Assembly: GCF_009914755.1 (NCBI RefSeq)
Contig: NC_060925.1
From: the human T2T-CHM13v2.0 reference genome, Homo sapiens
Direction: 5' to 3' (one strand)
Length of the DNA: 64,000 bases
Both the position numbers and the translations under genes were made by a program. The notes beneath the pieces are model-generated. The model saw only the letters and a list, made by a program, of their open reading frames with translations. It had not been told where the DNA came from and searched no databases. Of the stretch, positions 1-14,760 are shown piece after piece (within the stretch, counting starts at the first letter, position 1; each line of letters starts with the position of its first letter).

Positions 1-588
1 TGTGGAAGACAGTGTGGCGATTCCTCAAGGATCTAGAACTAGAAATACCATTTGACCCAGCCATCCCGTTACTGAGTATATACCCAAAGGATTATAAATC
101 ATGCTGCTATAAAGACACATGCACACGTATGTTTACTGTGGCACTATTCACAATAGCAAAGACTTGGAACCAACCCAAATGTCCATCAATGATAGACTGG
201 ATTAAGAAAATGTGGCACATATACACCATGGAATACTATGCAGCCATAAAAAAGGATGAGTTCATGTCCTTTGTAGGGACATGGATGAAGCTGGAAACCA
301 TCATTCTCAACAAACTATCACAAGAGCAAAAAACCAAACACTGCATGTTCTCACTCACAGGTGGGAATTGAACAATGAGAACACTTGGACACAGGATGGG
401 GAACATCACACACCGGGGCCTGTCGTGGGATGGGGGAGGGTGGAGGGATAGCATTGGGAGATATACCTAATGTAAATAACGAGTTAATAGGTGCAGCATA
501 CCAACATGGCACATGTATACATATATAACAAACCTGCATACTGTGCACATGTACCCTAGAACTTAAAGTATAATAAAAAAAGAAAAAA
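1..588 (+). mobile_element. L1PA (primate LINE-1) 3' end: ORF2 C-terminus, 3' UTR and poly(A); continues off the left edge
   Basis: ORF 12-371 matches the L1 ORF2p C-terminus (WRFLKDLELEIPFDPAIPLL...FSLTGGN*); G-rich 3' UTR tract at ~415-447; ends with cttaaagtataataaaaaa. Confidence 0.97.
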
Positions 589-2344
589 TAATTGCCCCAT
601 TATTAATTTTATTGATGGTTGTAACATAGAAACCAAACTGCTCTCAAATAAATAAAGCAGCTGAGTTCATGCAAACCTGAGTTTCACCAACCCATTTCGA
701 ACCTGTGACTATTTCCTTAGGAGAGCTCATTATTCCCCAGATCAGTTTGTCCTCTTATTTTCACTACAAGGTAACATGACATTTTTGATGCTAGAAACAT
801 GGCAGGTGGGCATTCACCAAATCCACAGGCCTGTGGTTTAGGCAGTACATTTGCTGATGGAAAATGCAATCTCCAACGAATGCCTTTCTAGCTAGTGAGG
901 ATTATTTATAGGTTCTGACAAGTAGAAAAGGAACATCATTATTAACACTAACTCGAATGAACTCTACAGGGAGGAGGACTATAAAGTCTTCATAGGATGC
1001 CCTTAACAGATGTGGTCTGAGAGAATTTGACCATGGGAAGGGAAAGATGAAGAGAGAAATAGGGGTGAGTTGCCAAGCCATGCAATAGGACTTAGGGCTT
1101 GGGGTTTTTTTCCTAGGTCATCAGTGGTCCTCTTTTCTGACTGCAGGGTCTTCCTTTTCCAATGTTGGTCCAACATCTCTGAAACAATGCAGGGCTTTCT
1201 CCTCAAAGACCCAGATTGCTCCCTCACGGTGATAATCTTGTCTTCCTCACTGTTAAGTTCCTACTTCTTCAGATCTCACCTGCCCCTTCCACCTGTACCC
1301 CTGGAAACCCACTAGAAACTCTACGAGTTGAGCTGGTTTGCTCACATCTCATCAATGTACTTTGCTCAGTCTTTGCTTATGCCATGTCCCCACCTGTAAT
1401 TTTCTCTCATTGAATTCTACCCTGTCAAATGCCATCCATCCTTCAAGACTCACATCTAGTCTCATTTTTCTCTACAAAGCTTTCTCTGAATATCTAGGCC
1501 TCAGGGAACGCCCCCTTTTCCTCTGAACTTTGAAGAGCAGTTAGGGCCTATATCATATAACGTAGTGCTAATTAGTCATATTTGATTACCTTTTATTTTG
1601 TTATGTGTTAGTCTCTCTAGACTATTTGAGTTACAGACCTATTGAGGTAGGGACCAAATGATTTGAGTTAGGGACCTGGTCTACCCAGAATGGCAGAAGG
1701 GGCCACTTTTTCTAGTTGGTCCACCCAGAAGAAGTTCTTTCTGCTAATACACACAAATGCATGGTATAGACCAGCTTAAACCCTCTCATCTTATAATCGA
1801 TCTCAGACATATGCAGACCAGCCTAGGTACCACGGATAGATACCACAGTCCCTAAGGAGAAAAATAATCTTCCTAGACCTCCTGAGTGACACCATTTATC
1901 AAATGTTTTCTTTCAAGACACCAGCTTTTTTTATATGCAAGAAGTTGACATGAACTTCCAGATGGAGCAGAACAAAAGACATTCTCTAAAGTAAACGAAC
2001 AAAAGCCACCATGATACAAATCAAATTCTGAGACAGATTGTTCAGCAACAATTAATAAAAGCCTTAGAAACAGAATCAAAGATACCGTTTGGGAAGAGGC
2101 GGAAGAAAGGCCAGGTGAGCTAGCTCAAAGAGTGGCAGATAATACAGAGAGGAAATTTAGCTCAAGGAAACGATTGCTTCCCAGCCAAACCACCACACTT
2201 GGCACTGAGGTAGAAGAGAAGAGACCTGAAAGAGCCTCAGGGCCCACAGATTTGCTGTCTATGACTAAGAGGAACTTCTGGCTTTGGCCCTTTAATAAGT
2301 CATGCATGCTCGTGTGCAGGACCAGCTAAGAGGAAGGGGCTGCA

Positions 2345-2750
2345 GTCCTGACCCACCATTTATTATTAGCACTATGACCTGGGGTGAGTCACTTGATCTA
2401 GTTTTCTCATCTGCAAAATGGAGATAATACCACCTCTCTCATTCATTTATCCATCCCTTCATCAGACATTTATGAAGGGCCCACTGTGGGCCAAGTGCAA
2501 AGGAGCATAATGATGAGCAAAACAGACACAGTCTTTATCCTTATTGGGTGTCCAGATCATCTCACGGGGTTGAAGTTACAGAGAAGGAAAGGGAAAGCAC
2601 TGCATTGTAACAACAGAAGGTCATCTTCTTTATCAATGACTTCCACTCTTGATTTAGCCGTGTGACCTGGGCAAGTCTAATTTTCTTCTGGCAAGTCTAC
2701 TATCTATAAAATGAGGAAATTTCCGGTCTTAAAATGTTATTATTCCAAAT
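2345..2750. mobile_element. MIR and L2 fragments
   Basis: MIR core (tgacctgggg...tttctcatctgcaaaatggagataat; tgtgacctgggcaagt) and L2 3' end (cattcatttatccatc...cagacatttat). Confidence 0.65.
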
Positions 2751-3200
2751 GCAAATGAAGAAGTTAAGCTTTTTAGGTACTTCTGAACCATGGCTTTCTA
2801 AAAGATTATTATGAAATAGTCCAGACGCAACAAAAGGATAAGAATAATATAACAAACCCTGTGTACCAACTCTCCAACTTAAGTGAGAAAACATTACAAG
2901 GAGCTCAATCTGGTGGCATGCCCTCCTTTCCCCTGAGGGATAATGTTGATGAGTTTGGTGTTTATTATTTTGAATCATGGCCTTTTTTTTAGGAAATCTG
3001 GTGTGTAACTAAAAACAGTTCACCAGTGAAGAGTTCTTCCTACACTTAGGTGTTCCTGGCTTCTAATGAATGTGAGGTCACAACAGTGCACATCACAGAA
3101 GCTCAAATACCTGCCTGTTCTCTCCCTGCCAACCCTGCTTGTTACTCCCCCAGCAGAGAGAATGTGAAAAACCCTGTGGCAGGCACCCCCACTACATTTA

Positions 3201-3344
<144 letters not shown>

Positions 3345-3817
3345 CTACGTGGACAATAGAAAAACAAGCAGTTTAGTATTGCAGAATAATTCTAAAACTG
3401 ATTAAAAACCTCCCTGAAATACACCTACTTCTTGAAGGCTGACAGGGACCTTGAATATTTGGAAGAAAAACTGGGACCCACAGATTTGGATATTGCTAGT
3501 TAAACGAAGACTGCTTCTAAGAAGACAGTAGAGTCACCAGATGTGTGACTGCTGCAACATCTTTGCTGGCTGTTTGATCTATGGAGTGGGCTACTCTGGG
3601 AGGGTGTATTTGAATATCCTGTGTAAACAGTGGCTCAGCTGGAGACTCACATCCTCATGGGGAACGGAGCATCTTGAGAGTTATATCCCTTCCTATGCAG
3701 TGTAGAGAGCCAATCTATTAATAATCAATAGAGTAAAGGGACCTTAAGAGGATGTACGTGCAACACCTAGCACAGTTTACAGCACACAGAAGGCACTCAA
3801 GCACAGGTGACCCCTGA

Positions 3818-4099
<282 letters not shown>

Positions 4100-4303
4100 T
4101 AACTTAGTTGTTCTTGTGGTAGCCCAGTGAAGCTGAATTATTGAGGAATTTGAATTTTATAGCTTCTAAAACTTCTAGTAAATGTACAAACATTACGAAT
4201 TATTGTACAAAGCCAGTGAAGCGTAAACACCATTACTCATGACATTGATTCAATGGTTCTATGATTATTTATTAAGTAATTGCTTTGTGCCAGGCATAAA
4301 CTA

Positions 4304-4441
<138 letters not shown>

Positions 4442-4577
4442 TCATTTCTTTTATCTATAAATAATGACCTTAAAGCATCACACAGTTCTCTCTTACCACA
4501 GAGAACAGCTTCACTAAAGAGACTACAAAAAATGATTTCAAACTACTGCCCTTAAGAATAAACTTTTTCAAATTCAA

Positions 4578-4798
4578 AAGGGCAGAAAGCAGGATGGTGG
4601 TTTCCAGGAGCCATGGGGAAGGGTAAATGGGGAGTTATTGTTTAATGGATAGGAAGTTTCAGTTTGGGAAGATGAAAAAGTTCTGGAGATGCCTGGTGGT
4701 GATGGTTGCCTAACACTGTGAATGTTCATGCCTCTGAACTGTACACTTAAAAATGGTTAAAATGGTAAATTTTATGTTATGTATATTTTACTACAATA
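4578..4798 (+). mobile_element. L1MB-type 3' UTR fragment
   Basis: gggaagatgaaaaagttctggagatg...gtacacttaaaaatggttaaaatggtaaattttatgttatgtatatttta. Confidence 0.85.
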
Positions 4799-4879
4799 GG
4801 AATGAAATTTTTATTTAGGCAATAATAAACACATTGATAATCTCTGATCAGAAATTAAGTAATAGCAATGACAATTTAA

Positions 4880-5683
4880 CAGTAAAACAGTTCCTCAAAT
4901 AACATCATTTTGCTCAACTTTGATGAGGAAAAAGAAAAAATTGATTCTGAGCTGGGGCCATGGTCTGTAGGGAGTTTGTACATTCTCTCTAGGCCTGCGT
5001 GGGTTTCCTCCCACATCCCAGAGCTGTGCACAGCAGGTGAATTTTCATGTTTACAGGGTCCCAGTCTGAGCAAGTGTGGGTGTGTGTGGGTGAGTGTGCT
5101 GTGATGGGACGGTGTCCTGTCCAGGGTGGGTTGCCGCCTTGCACCCCGAGCTTCCAGGATAGCCTCCAGCCACCCTTGATGACCCTGAACTGGAAGAAGT
5201 GCCTTAGAAAATGAATGGATACAAATGATTGTAATAAAGCATCCAATAATCATACAAATGTACAACAATAAATGATGTCGTAGGAAAGTGCTCAATGAGC
5301 CCACCATATTTGTGATTGTTTTGAGCTGTATGGTGGGAGGAGGGGCTCCTTACAGTTTTATCTTTGCAAATATTTATTCCCTGATTTAACCCACCACCAC
5401 AACTGCTGTTACTCAGTAATTGGCCAAAAATTGGGCAATTATCTTGTTTTTATTAATTTAAAAAAATGTGCATATGGCTGACATTTATTTCAATGCTTAA
5501 TATTATAAGTGTTTTGGGTTTTGATTTAGAAGCTGGGTGATATTTTTGTGACTAGAAATATGCCAGAGGAACTTAACTCTTGTTTATATTAGCCTATGGT
5601 AAAAATGGTTTTGTTATATGTCACTTCGCTTAAAAGTCACAGTTTCCATGAACCTATCAACATTGTTAAGTGAGAATTTATTA
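4880..5683 (+). mobile_element. MER6 (TcMar-Tigger non-autonomous DNA transposon), near full length
   Basis: Colinear with the recalled MER6 consensus from ttcctcaaataacatc to gaacctatcaacattgttaagtgag; contains the ggagtttg...gcgtgggtttcctcccacatccc segment. Confidence 0.88.
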
Positions 5684-6042
5684 TACTACCTTTTTTTTTT
5701 TCACTAAAAGAACAGTACTAGACATTGTTGATAAATTCGGATTCTTTTCTTATAAAATGATCACGTGAGGCCTGAGGAAACAATCTGGGGAAAGTGAGTT
5801 AAGTGCTGACTGGTCTTCAGGTCTGACCTCTAAAAGCCGTGTCTTTGAAACTACACATTCCATATATTTGAAATCAAAACATCAAAAGATACCTATGTAC
5901 AAAGTACAAAATTTCTGCAGGATGAAACTTCATTCTTATTTGACTTTTCTGAAATTCAGCAGTTTTTCTACTCAGAAGGCAAAACACTAGATAAAAATGG
6001 TCTCTTAGTTATAGGCAAATAATTATAGTATGGAGTTAGGCA

Positions 6043-6671
6043 ATACATAAATGTGGGAACTCTCATCTTCCCTTTATTTATTGAAATTCCACATAATATG
6101 TGGAAAAGATATTCAAAGAGAAATTAGTATCTTTTTGCCTCAGAGTATTATGGTGAAGTATAAGAAGAGTAGCCATGCAGAAGTGCTTGATAGATTTTAT
6201 AAATATTATAACTTTAATCTTCATAATGTCCTTATTAAACGGGCAAATGACATAGGTCAGGTGATGTTACGACAATATCCAAGGGCTTATGTTGTTGGCA
6301 GACACAGGAATCTTTTGTGGCACACTGACAGTTTTTTGGGTAATGGCATGATTGTGTTGTCCTTTAAGAAAACTCATTATATAAAGATCAAAATTTAACT
6401 CAAGGAGAGGTATTTTACTTGAAAAAAGTATTATGCACTTTATTAAATAGTCAGCTACAATGAAAAAATACCAAGTTTCTTTAATTCTTTCAAGATAAAA
6501 ATAGGTTTATAAATTAATTTATTTATAACTTTTAAGAAAATCTTTTAAGAAAAACATAATACTCTGAGGCAAAAAAAATACTGATTTCTCTCTGAATATG
6601 TTTTCTCACATTTCATGTGGAATTCTTTTCCAAGAAACAAAGGGAGGAAGAAAATTTCCACATTTATGTAT
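6043..6671. repeat. Inverted repeat: ~110-bp arms (6043-6152 and 6555-6671) with a ~400-bp spacer
   Basis: tgcctcagagtattatg pairs with cataatactctgaggca; atacataaatgtgg pairs with ccacatttatgtat; roughly 80% identity by eye. Confidence 0.9.
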
Positions 6672-7439
6672 ATAACAAATTTATAGGGTGGCATGCATAC
6701 CATTTCCATTTTAAAAGACTAAGGTGTTCGGAGCGTGATGTGGGCTGATTGAAAAAAAGTAAAAAAAGGCTAAGATGTGATGGGAAAGTACAAAGAGAAG
6801 GATGCTGCTTATCTCTTCAAAGTAGGTTGGACTTCTGTCTCTGGCAGTACGTTGGATGAGATCTCCTAAATAATCTTCCTGATGGAAACAACTAAAATAC
6901 TGAAATGGACATCTAAATTTTTTTGATGTCTTTTGTGTCATTTTCTTCTATGCCAATTCACAATTTTTGTTTTTCCCCTTCCTGTCTCAGTCATTTATAG
7001 GAGAAACCAGGCCATTTTTCCTACTGACTGTCCTACATTCTTGCTTTGACTGGTTGCTTCCTCTTATAACTTAACATTTAAATTTTTTCCTTTATCCTTT
7101 GTATTTTCAGTAAGCAGGCAGTTTCATGTAGATGGTTAATTAGATGCTCATTCATATATTTTTTTAATAGGACTACTGTGTGTTCAAGTGGCATCAGCCT
7201 GATTCCCTCATTATAAAGTTTCCTGTCAAGCTTTCATATAGCAGTTTTAATATCATTTGTTGATCATTGCACAGATCCATTATTTTTTTATTAGGAATCT
7301 GCATTTACTCGCTGCAACCCTAAAAAGAAAATCTCTCCTCAAGTATTTGGTCTACTTGAAATGAAATTCATAAAGGAAAGAAAAGCTAAATACTTGAGTC
7401 TTTCTTTTACATATAAATTATTACAGTTATGAGTTAGTG

Positions 7440-9035
7440 TTCCACCAACTTGCAATAATAACCAATAAGTTTTTTTAAAAAAAACCTCATTACCTTTGAA
7501 TGAATCAAAGATTAAATCACAGTGGAAATTACAAAACATTTAAAAAAACTAAATGATAACAAAAATATCCACATAAAAATAAGAAGGAGTCTGCTAAAGT
7601 AGTACTTGGAGGCCAAGTTACATAGCATTAAAAGCTTACATTAGAGAAGATGAAAGGCTAAAATTAATGAGATAAAATTCCAACTTGAGATGTAGAAAAA
7701 AAGAGAACAGAGTAAAAAGAAAGAAATGTGAAGGAAGGAAATACAGAAACAGAAAAGAAACATTCAAGAGAAAGAGTTCAACCAAGCCAATAGTTGGTCC
7801 TTAGGAAAGATTAATAAAATTAACAAACCTCTGGCAAACAAAGAAAGAAGGCATAAATTAACATTACCAATGAAAAGATAATATAGCTATAGTTGCTGTG
7901 AAGCTTAAACAGATATTAGGAAATATAAGTAACTTTATACCCAACATATTGAAAACTTAAAACAGATAAAATCTTAGAAAATGGAACGCATCAAAACTGA
8001 CTCAGGAAAATCTAAATTGTCACATAATCATTAATCAACTAAATCAGTTTTAAATTTCTCCATAAAGAAGGCACAAGAGCCTGTTTCCAAAGTTTAAGGA
8101 ATATATAATTCAAATAGTATTGATTCCAGAGAATAGAAAAAGAGGAAATATTCCCTAATACATTCTACGAGGCTAATGTAACTCTTTTATCAAAACCAGA
8201 CAAGGATAACAAGAAATATAAATTATAGGCCACAAAAATAATAGTCATAACAAAATGTTATCGAACTAAATTCAACACTGTGTTAAAAAGAGAATACATC
8301 ATGATCAAATTTGATTTCATGCTGGGGTTGCAAGACTGGTCAAATATCAGAAAATGAATTAATGAAATTAACTACATCAACAGATTAAAGAAAATCATAT
8401 AATCATTTCAGTGACAAGAAAAAGAGTTTACTCTATCACCTGAAATTCATTTCCAGGTGTTTACTTTAGAGAAACTCTTGTATATGTTCCCAGGAGACAC
8501 ACACAAGAATGTACATAGAAACACAGAAGATAATCCACAAAAACTGGAAAACATCCAAAAACACATCAGTAGTAAAATTAATACATACATTATGGTGTAT
8601 TCTTATCACAGAGAACTACACAACATTGAAAATGAACTACAGCTACACACATCAACTTAGATCAAAAGTAGAAAAATCACCTAAGAGTTCATATAATGTG
8701 ACTCTAATAAAGGTATCTTGTAGCTTTATAAAACTACAAGACAAACAAAACTAAAACAACATACACTTTAGGAATACATGCATGGAGGCAAAACTCAAAG
8801 AACAACAAAGCAATAATTAACACAAAATTCAAGACAGTGGTTACTTGAGGTCAGGGGAGAGGCTGGTTTTGACTGGGGACCCCACAGGGGTGTCTATGGT
8901 CCTGGCAATGTTCTACTTCTTAAGTCAGGAGGTGGACACCCAGGTGTTCATTTTATTATTGATCTTTAAACTGTACATAAACATTTTATAACTCTTTTTT
9001 AATGTACTCTATATTTCACAAAAATAAATAAAAGT
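7440..9035 (+). mobile_element. Old L1M (L1ME/MD-like): degraded ORF2 pieces joined to a 3' UTR
   Basis: A-rich ORF2-like sequence (aaattaacaaacctctggcaa; cattctacgaggctaatgtaact...aaaccagacaagga) followed by an L1ME-type 3' UTR. Confidence 0.85.
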
Positions 9036-9269
9036 AGAGGTAAGTTGCTGTCTATTTAAGAGAAATGGTATTGAAACAATTTTTGCCAGTAGCTGCTTGC
9101 CTGACTGACAGATTTCCCAGCAGGAACTGGATTTGGAAAGCAGCTTTCCTTCTGTCCATTTCCTGATAAATTATTAATGAGGCTTTGAATTACAGAGAAA
9201 AGAGGACATAGAGCACATAGAAAATGTTACAGACCTTATTTCTTATCTAACTCTTCCTAATCCAAAAAT

Positions 9270-9382
9270 TGAGTGGTAATAGTTGTATAACATTATGAAT
9301 GTAATTAATGTCACTTGAATTGTACACTTAATAATGGTTAAAATTGCAAATGTTATGTGTGTTTAACCGCAATAAAATAAAA
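9270..9382 (+). mobile_element. L1M 3' end fragment
   Basis: gaattgtacacttaataatggttaaaattgcaaatgttatg...caataaaa. Confidence 0.7.
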
Positions 9383-10933
9383 GAGATGAAGAAAAGTGAC
9401 AAGTAGAAAATAGAAGGCAGGAACACACATTAGGTGTGAATGGAGTGCCAAGGAGGTAAAGATATCCCAACATCATCTCAGTTTTGAACAAAGTAACTAT
9501 TAACACATTAACTTAAGTATTGAATATAACAAATAAAAAAAGTCTACAGGTAGTATCAAAGGCAAGCCTAAATGCTTAGTACCTACTTTGAAGATAGGTC
9601 AAAACTACTGGGCTTGAGATGCTAGGGAAAGACCTTTGACCAAAAGAAGAGACTCCTAGTGTAAGTTGCACTTTCACACTGAGGAGATTTTAGGGGGTCT
9701 TTCTGGCTCAGCTGCTAAAATAAATGGTTGTGAACATAGCTTGGTTAAGCCATATTTCAAATGTTAACAGTACCTGCTTACAATAAGTTATTCATTGCAT
9801 GGCTATGTTCTGATAAAAAAGAGTTATATTGTAAGGAAGTGTGATTTACACATCTAACTTTTCACAAAAGCCTATTTTGTTAGATAAACAGACTGTTGTT
9901 CTGTACTGTCAAAAAGAATGAAAGTGCCATCAACGGGAGACACAAAGAATATTCTAAGGGGAACTTACTAGGCAGATTCAAAGAATGCCTGAGTCTGCTT
10001 GGGCACACCCAGAGATAAGAATGCAGCGTAGGCCTTCTTGACTCCTTGTTCTGTGTTCTTAGGGTTCAATGGGCATGCAAACCAAACCCCAGAGATGGAC
10101 CACTGCATGAGACAGTGGCAGCACAGGTGCAGTACACAACTCCAGGGCATACTATTCACACAATCCCTAAGAAGAATGGCGCCCCCAGAGCTGGCAACGT
10201 GGTGGCCCCACCCATAGCGACAGTATGTGACACTTAGCAAAGAACTGCTTAAATGTCACAGAATAAACACTATTCCTTCTTCAGGAACATTAATTATGTC
10301 CAAAGTAAGTAATGCAAAACATTATTTTGATATTAAAACAAAAATGGCTATATCTTGACTATACATATATATGAGATTCAATATAAAATTCACATCAGCC
10401 AAAATATTAGACTTCCAAGAAGCTTCACGCTTTCAGTGGGCCACTTGGGGCCACATTCCCAAGTCCCTGAGGACCAGCCTTTGCTGTCAGGGCTACATTG
10501 GTGAAATGTATTCTCTGACATGTCTGGGAAAATAAATTCTCACTATAAATTAAAATTACTATTGATTATCTTGCTCATCAGTATAACCAGAATGAATTTG
10601 GGGACCCAGATTTTACACATGATTTTATACAACACTAATTATACGATAAATGAGTTGAAAAGGTTAAATGCTAAAATTACTGTTTCTTTAGTAGCCACAT
10701 TACACACTGTAAAAACTGACTCCAGTAAGATCAATAATAATATTAGCTGTTCATATTTTGTTGAGTTCTGCTATTATCCATCTGGCATTAAGCCAAGTCA
10801 ATTTGCATAGAAATTATTTAAATCCACCTTGCCATCTGGAAAGAAAGTTATTTGTAAATGACACTAATCTTGAATTATGAATCCTTTAAATACAAACCAG
10901 ATATACAGTAACAATGGAAAACGATGCAACTTA

Positions 10934-11484
<551 letters not shown>

Positions 11485-11519
11485 CTATAATAAAACAAGT
11501 AAATACAAGCCAAGTATTA

Positions 11520-11681
<162 letters not shown>

Positions 11682-11912
11682 TTACTATGCTACAATTTCC
11701 TAACAAGAAAAAAACATCCAAAACATCTAAACACTAAATCAAGCTCTCGTGCACACACCCACACACATCCACACTCATATACACACCCATCCTTGTGAAT
11801 ATATAATGTATGACCAGTCATGATCATTTGTAAGAGAAGAAATGATCTGTTAAAAATTGTTTATTTTGTTCCCTTCTAGTGTAAGATTGAGTCAATACAG
11901 TGTCATTTTTTT

Positions 11913-12263
11913 CTGTAGAAAGCTGAGTAGTTACAATACTGTTGGAGGCCGACTAGTTAAGACACTGTTGGAGTACGACCAGTTAATGCACCATTGGAAG
12001 CTGACCAGTTCGGCCACTGTTGGAGGCTGACAAGTTAGGGCATTTGTTAGAGGTTGACTAGTTAGGATATTGCTGGAGTCTGACCAGTTAGCACACTATT
12101 GGAGGCTAACCAGTTAGGGCATTGTTGGAGGCTGACTAGTTAGGGCACATGAGTAAAGGAAGGTGGGAGGCAAGGCACCCAATTCTGACCAGTTAGCACA
12201 CTATTGGAGGCTGACTAGTTAGGGCACATGAGTAAAGGAAGGTGGGAGGCAAAGCACCCAATT
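11913..12263. repeat. 26-bp minisatellite (consensus ~ctgttggaggctgactagttagggca, ~9 units) followed by a ~79-bp higher-order duplication
   Basis: Units start at about 11913, 11939, 11965, 11991, 12017, 12044, 12070, 12096 and 12122; the block ending catgagtaaaggaaggtgggaggca-ggcacccaatt occurs twice (ends 12184 and 12263). Confidence 0.93.
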
Positions 12264-14589
12264 ATCCTACCCTTGCCAGGAAATACAAGATTCCATTTTA
12301 AATCTTATGTCAGTCATTTAGTCAGAATTGCACACACACACACAGTATAATACATGGAAGGAATATCAATAACTCGTAATTTGAAATCTCAACCCATAGG
12401 ACAATCACTGTTTTCTATTCAAATATTTTGTAAAATGTCAAAACATCCTTTGCTTCTCTGTAAATGTAAACTGTGTTAGTTATATTCAAACAGTTAATAT
12501 GATTACCCATCTTTTAAAACCTAGTTCCTTAGAGGTGATTAACAAGTTCAACAATTACAATCAAACCAATGAATATTTGAAAATAAATTTCAGGAATTTG
12601 TATGATTCCAGGGCATGTCTAAAGCACAGAGATATTCTGGGTTGAATTAAGGAACACTTCTATTGAGGCTTACTTTAATATAAGAAATGAATGTGAAGCA
12701 TAACAAATTGAAGCTCACAATTTAATTCAAGTCCTTCCAGTAGCTCAACAAAACAATTTAAATATTTTCAAAGGTCTGCAAAACCTTTAGGATAGTAAAG
12801 ACATACAATGAGATGACTCGAATAGGGGACAAGGGAACAAGAGATCACATCACACTGGGCAAAGCAGGTAGTTCTTCCAAAAATACAACATGCTGAGTAC
12901 ACAGTGTGAATTGTCAGTGAAGAGTTTAAGAGACACAAATAGAGCAGAGTTACTTCTAAAGTAATAAAAATATGGAAATACTTTGACAACAAGCCTGACA
13001 TTCATGCATTCAAAAAACATTTAAAGAGGATACAAAGTAAAATAAATATATCATCTCATCCTTGTCCTGGAACTCATGTAAAAATTCCACAAACCAGAGT
13101 GACTCAGAACAATAAAAAATATTTCCATGGACAAAATGGTCTTAATGTTGTAGTAAATACATTCAGTGACCTCTTTTAACAGCAGAATAGGTTTTCCTAT
13201 GTAATAGGAAGTGGAATTGTTGCTACAGCATAAAATAAGGAGCAAACACAATATTTACCATGACTTGTTGGGCTACTATGAACCCAGGAAAACACAACTG
13301 TTTCCTTTTGACATCTCTGCTTCTTTGTCCATGGAAAATTCACTGAGCTTAGGGAGAGATCATGAGAACAGATATACAGTTACTTTTTGTTTCTATTACT
13401 AATGCTACTGCTTCTATTATAACTTAACATTTCAAAGATTAGGAGGAGTTGAGCAATAACATAAATTTTGGTTTGAAAAGTTTGTATGTAACTATGCAAC
13501 ATTTCAACTCAGGAACTGTATTCAATTCTTAAAAGTTAGAGGAGAATAGAAGTAGGGAGTCTACTATATACCAGTTTCAGAAACATTACATCTCTTTAAA
13601 TGTCCTATGTCTTTGAAAATTAAAAAGTTTTAGAGGATAAAATGTTTGTGCTTTTCTTTTCTTTTCAAGTTAAAACAGCTGCACTGACATTAAAAAAACT
13701 AGCTCTTGTGCAGGGGCAGTACTTAAAAAAATTCAATCACATCTATACAAACAGTCATCAGGATAGGTCCATACCACACATGTTGATGATACTACATTAC
13801 TTTCAGAGTTAAGCACATGGACAAGATTTTTAAAAAATTGTAAATATCAAGTAAACAGTTTTGAGAACTGCAGGGCCATATGGCATCAAATCGGCAATGC
13901 TAAACTGAGGGAGATTTCTGGAGAAGAAATGAGAGGCTGAACTCGGCAGGCTGTCCATTGGGAACCACACACTCTTGGCATTGAGGTTCCGTTGAAGCAG
14001 ACAAACTCAGCTGCAAACAGGCCTGACACATGGGTCCATAGCAAGCCAGCTATTCAGGCAGTTAGAACACTAAATATAACTATAGAAGTGGGAGTTTTTG
14101 CAGGAAAAGATCCAAACCATGAGCCTTTAAGAAACTGCCCATTCTGTGGTTACATGGCCATGGTTAATGTTGACTTTATTAACTTCCAAGAGGAAAAAAA
14201 ATGACCAAATAACACACCCACCTTTCATTGAGACAGTAACCCTGCAGTGTGGAACTTAGCATTACTCAGAGAAACCATCAGGACAAACAGTATTAATTCC
14301 AACGGCTGAGCTGAATGGGTCATTTTAGCCCACAAAATTAGAAATAAAAAGGGAAAATTAGAAAAACAACCTACTTAATTTAAGCCTTAGAGTATAAAGT
14401 ATATACAGTAATTTTCATTCTTTACTCAAAAGATTTACAAGACCTTTCTTCCCTCCCTTTTCATGCTACATGCACTTTGCATTTCATTTTAAAACAATGT
14501 TATACTTGCATTTTTTGCCCCATTTTTCTCCTCATACTATTTATCACAGCATAGATTTCTTCTCTGGTCACAGCTGCTGCAGATCACCT

Positions 14590-14760
14590 CTGCTGCTTCC
14601 AGTTCTGCTACTTATTAGCCAGTGTCCTCAGGTTATTTAGTATTCTGAGCCTCAGTTTTCTCACCTTTAAAGTGGGTATTTATTCATTATAGTATCAACT
14701 TTTTAGGCTCCTTCTGGTCATTAAATACATACAAGTCACACAGTATTTGCTGAATAAATA
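14590..14760 (-). mobile_element. MIR
   Basis: ctgagcctcagttttctcacctttaaagtggg core. Confidence 0.7.

Noticed and set aside
2005-2031. Perfect Kozak GCCACCATG
   Set aside because: The frame closes after 6 codons (MIQIKF*).
6051-6398. 115-aa ORF inside the inverted repeat as a possible transposase
   Set aside because: No DDE or HTH motif recognisable; AT-rich random-like composition.
11913-12263. CRISPR-like array
   Set aside because: Units are contiguous and degenerate with no unique spacers (the single 37-bp interruption is itself duplicated); primate DNA with no cas genes.
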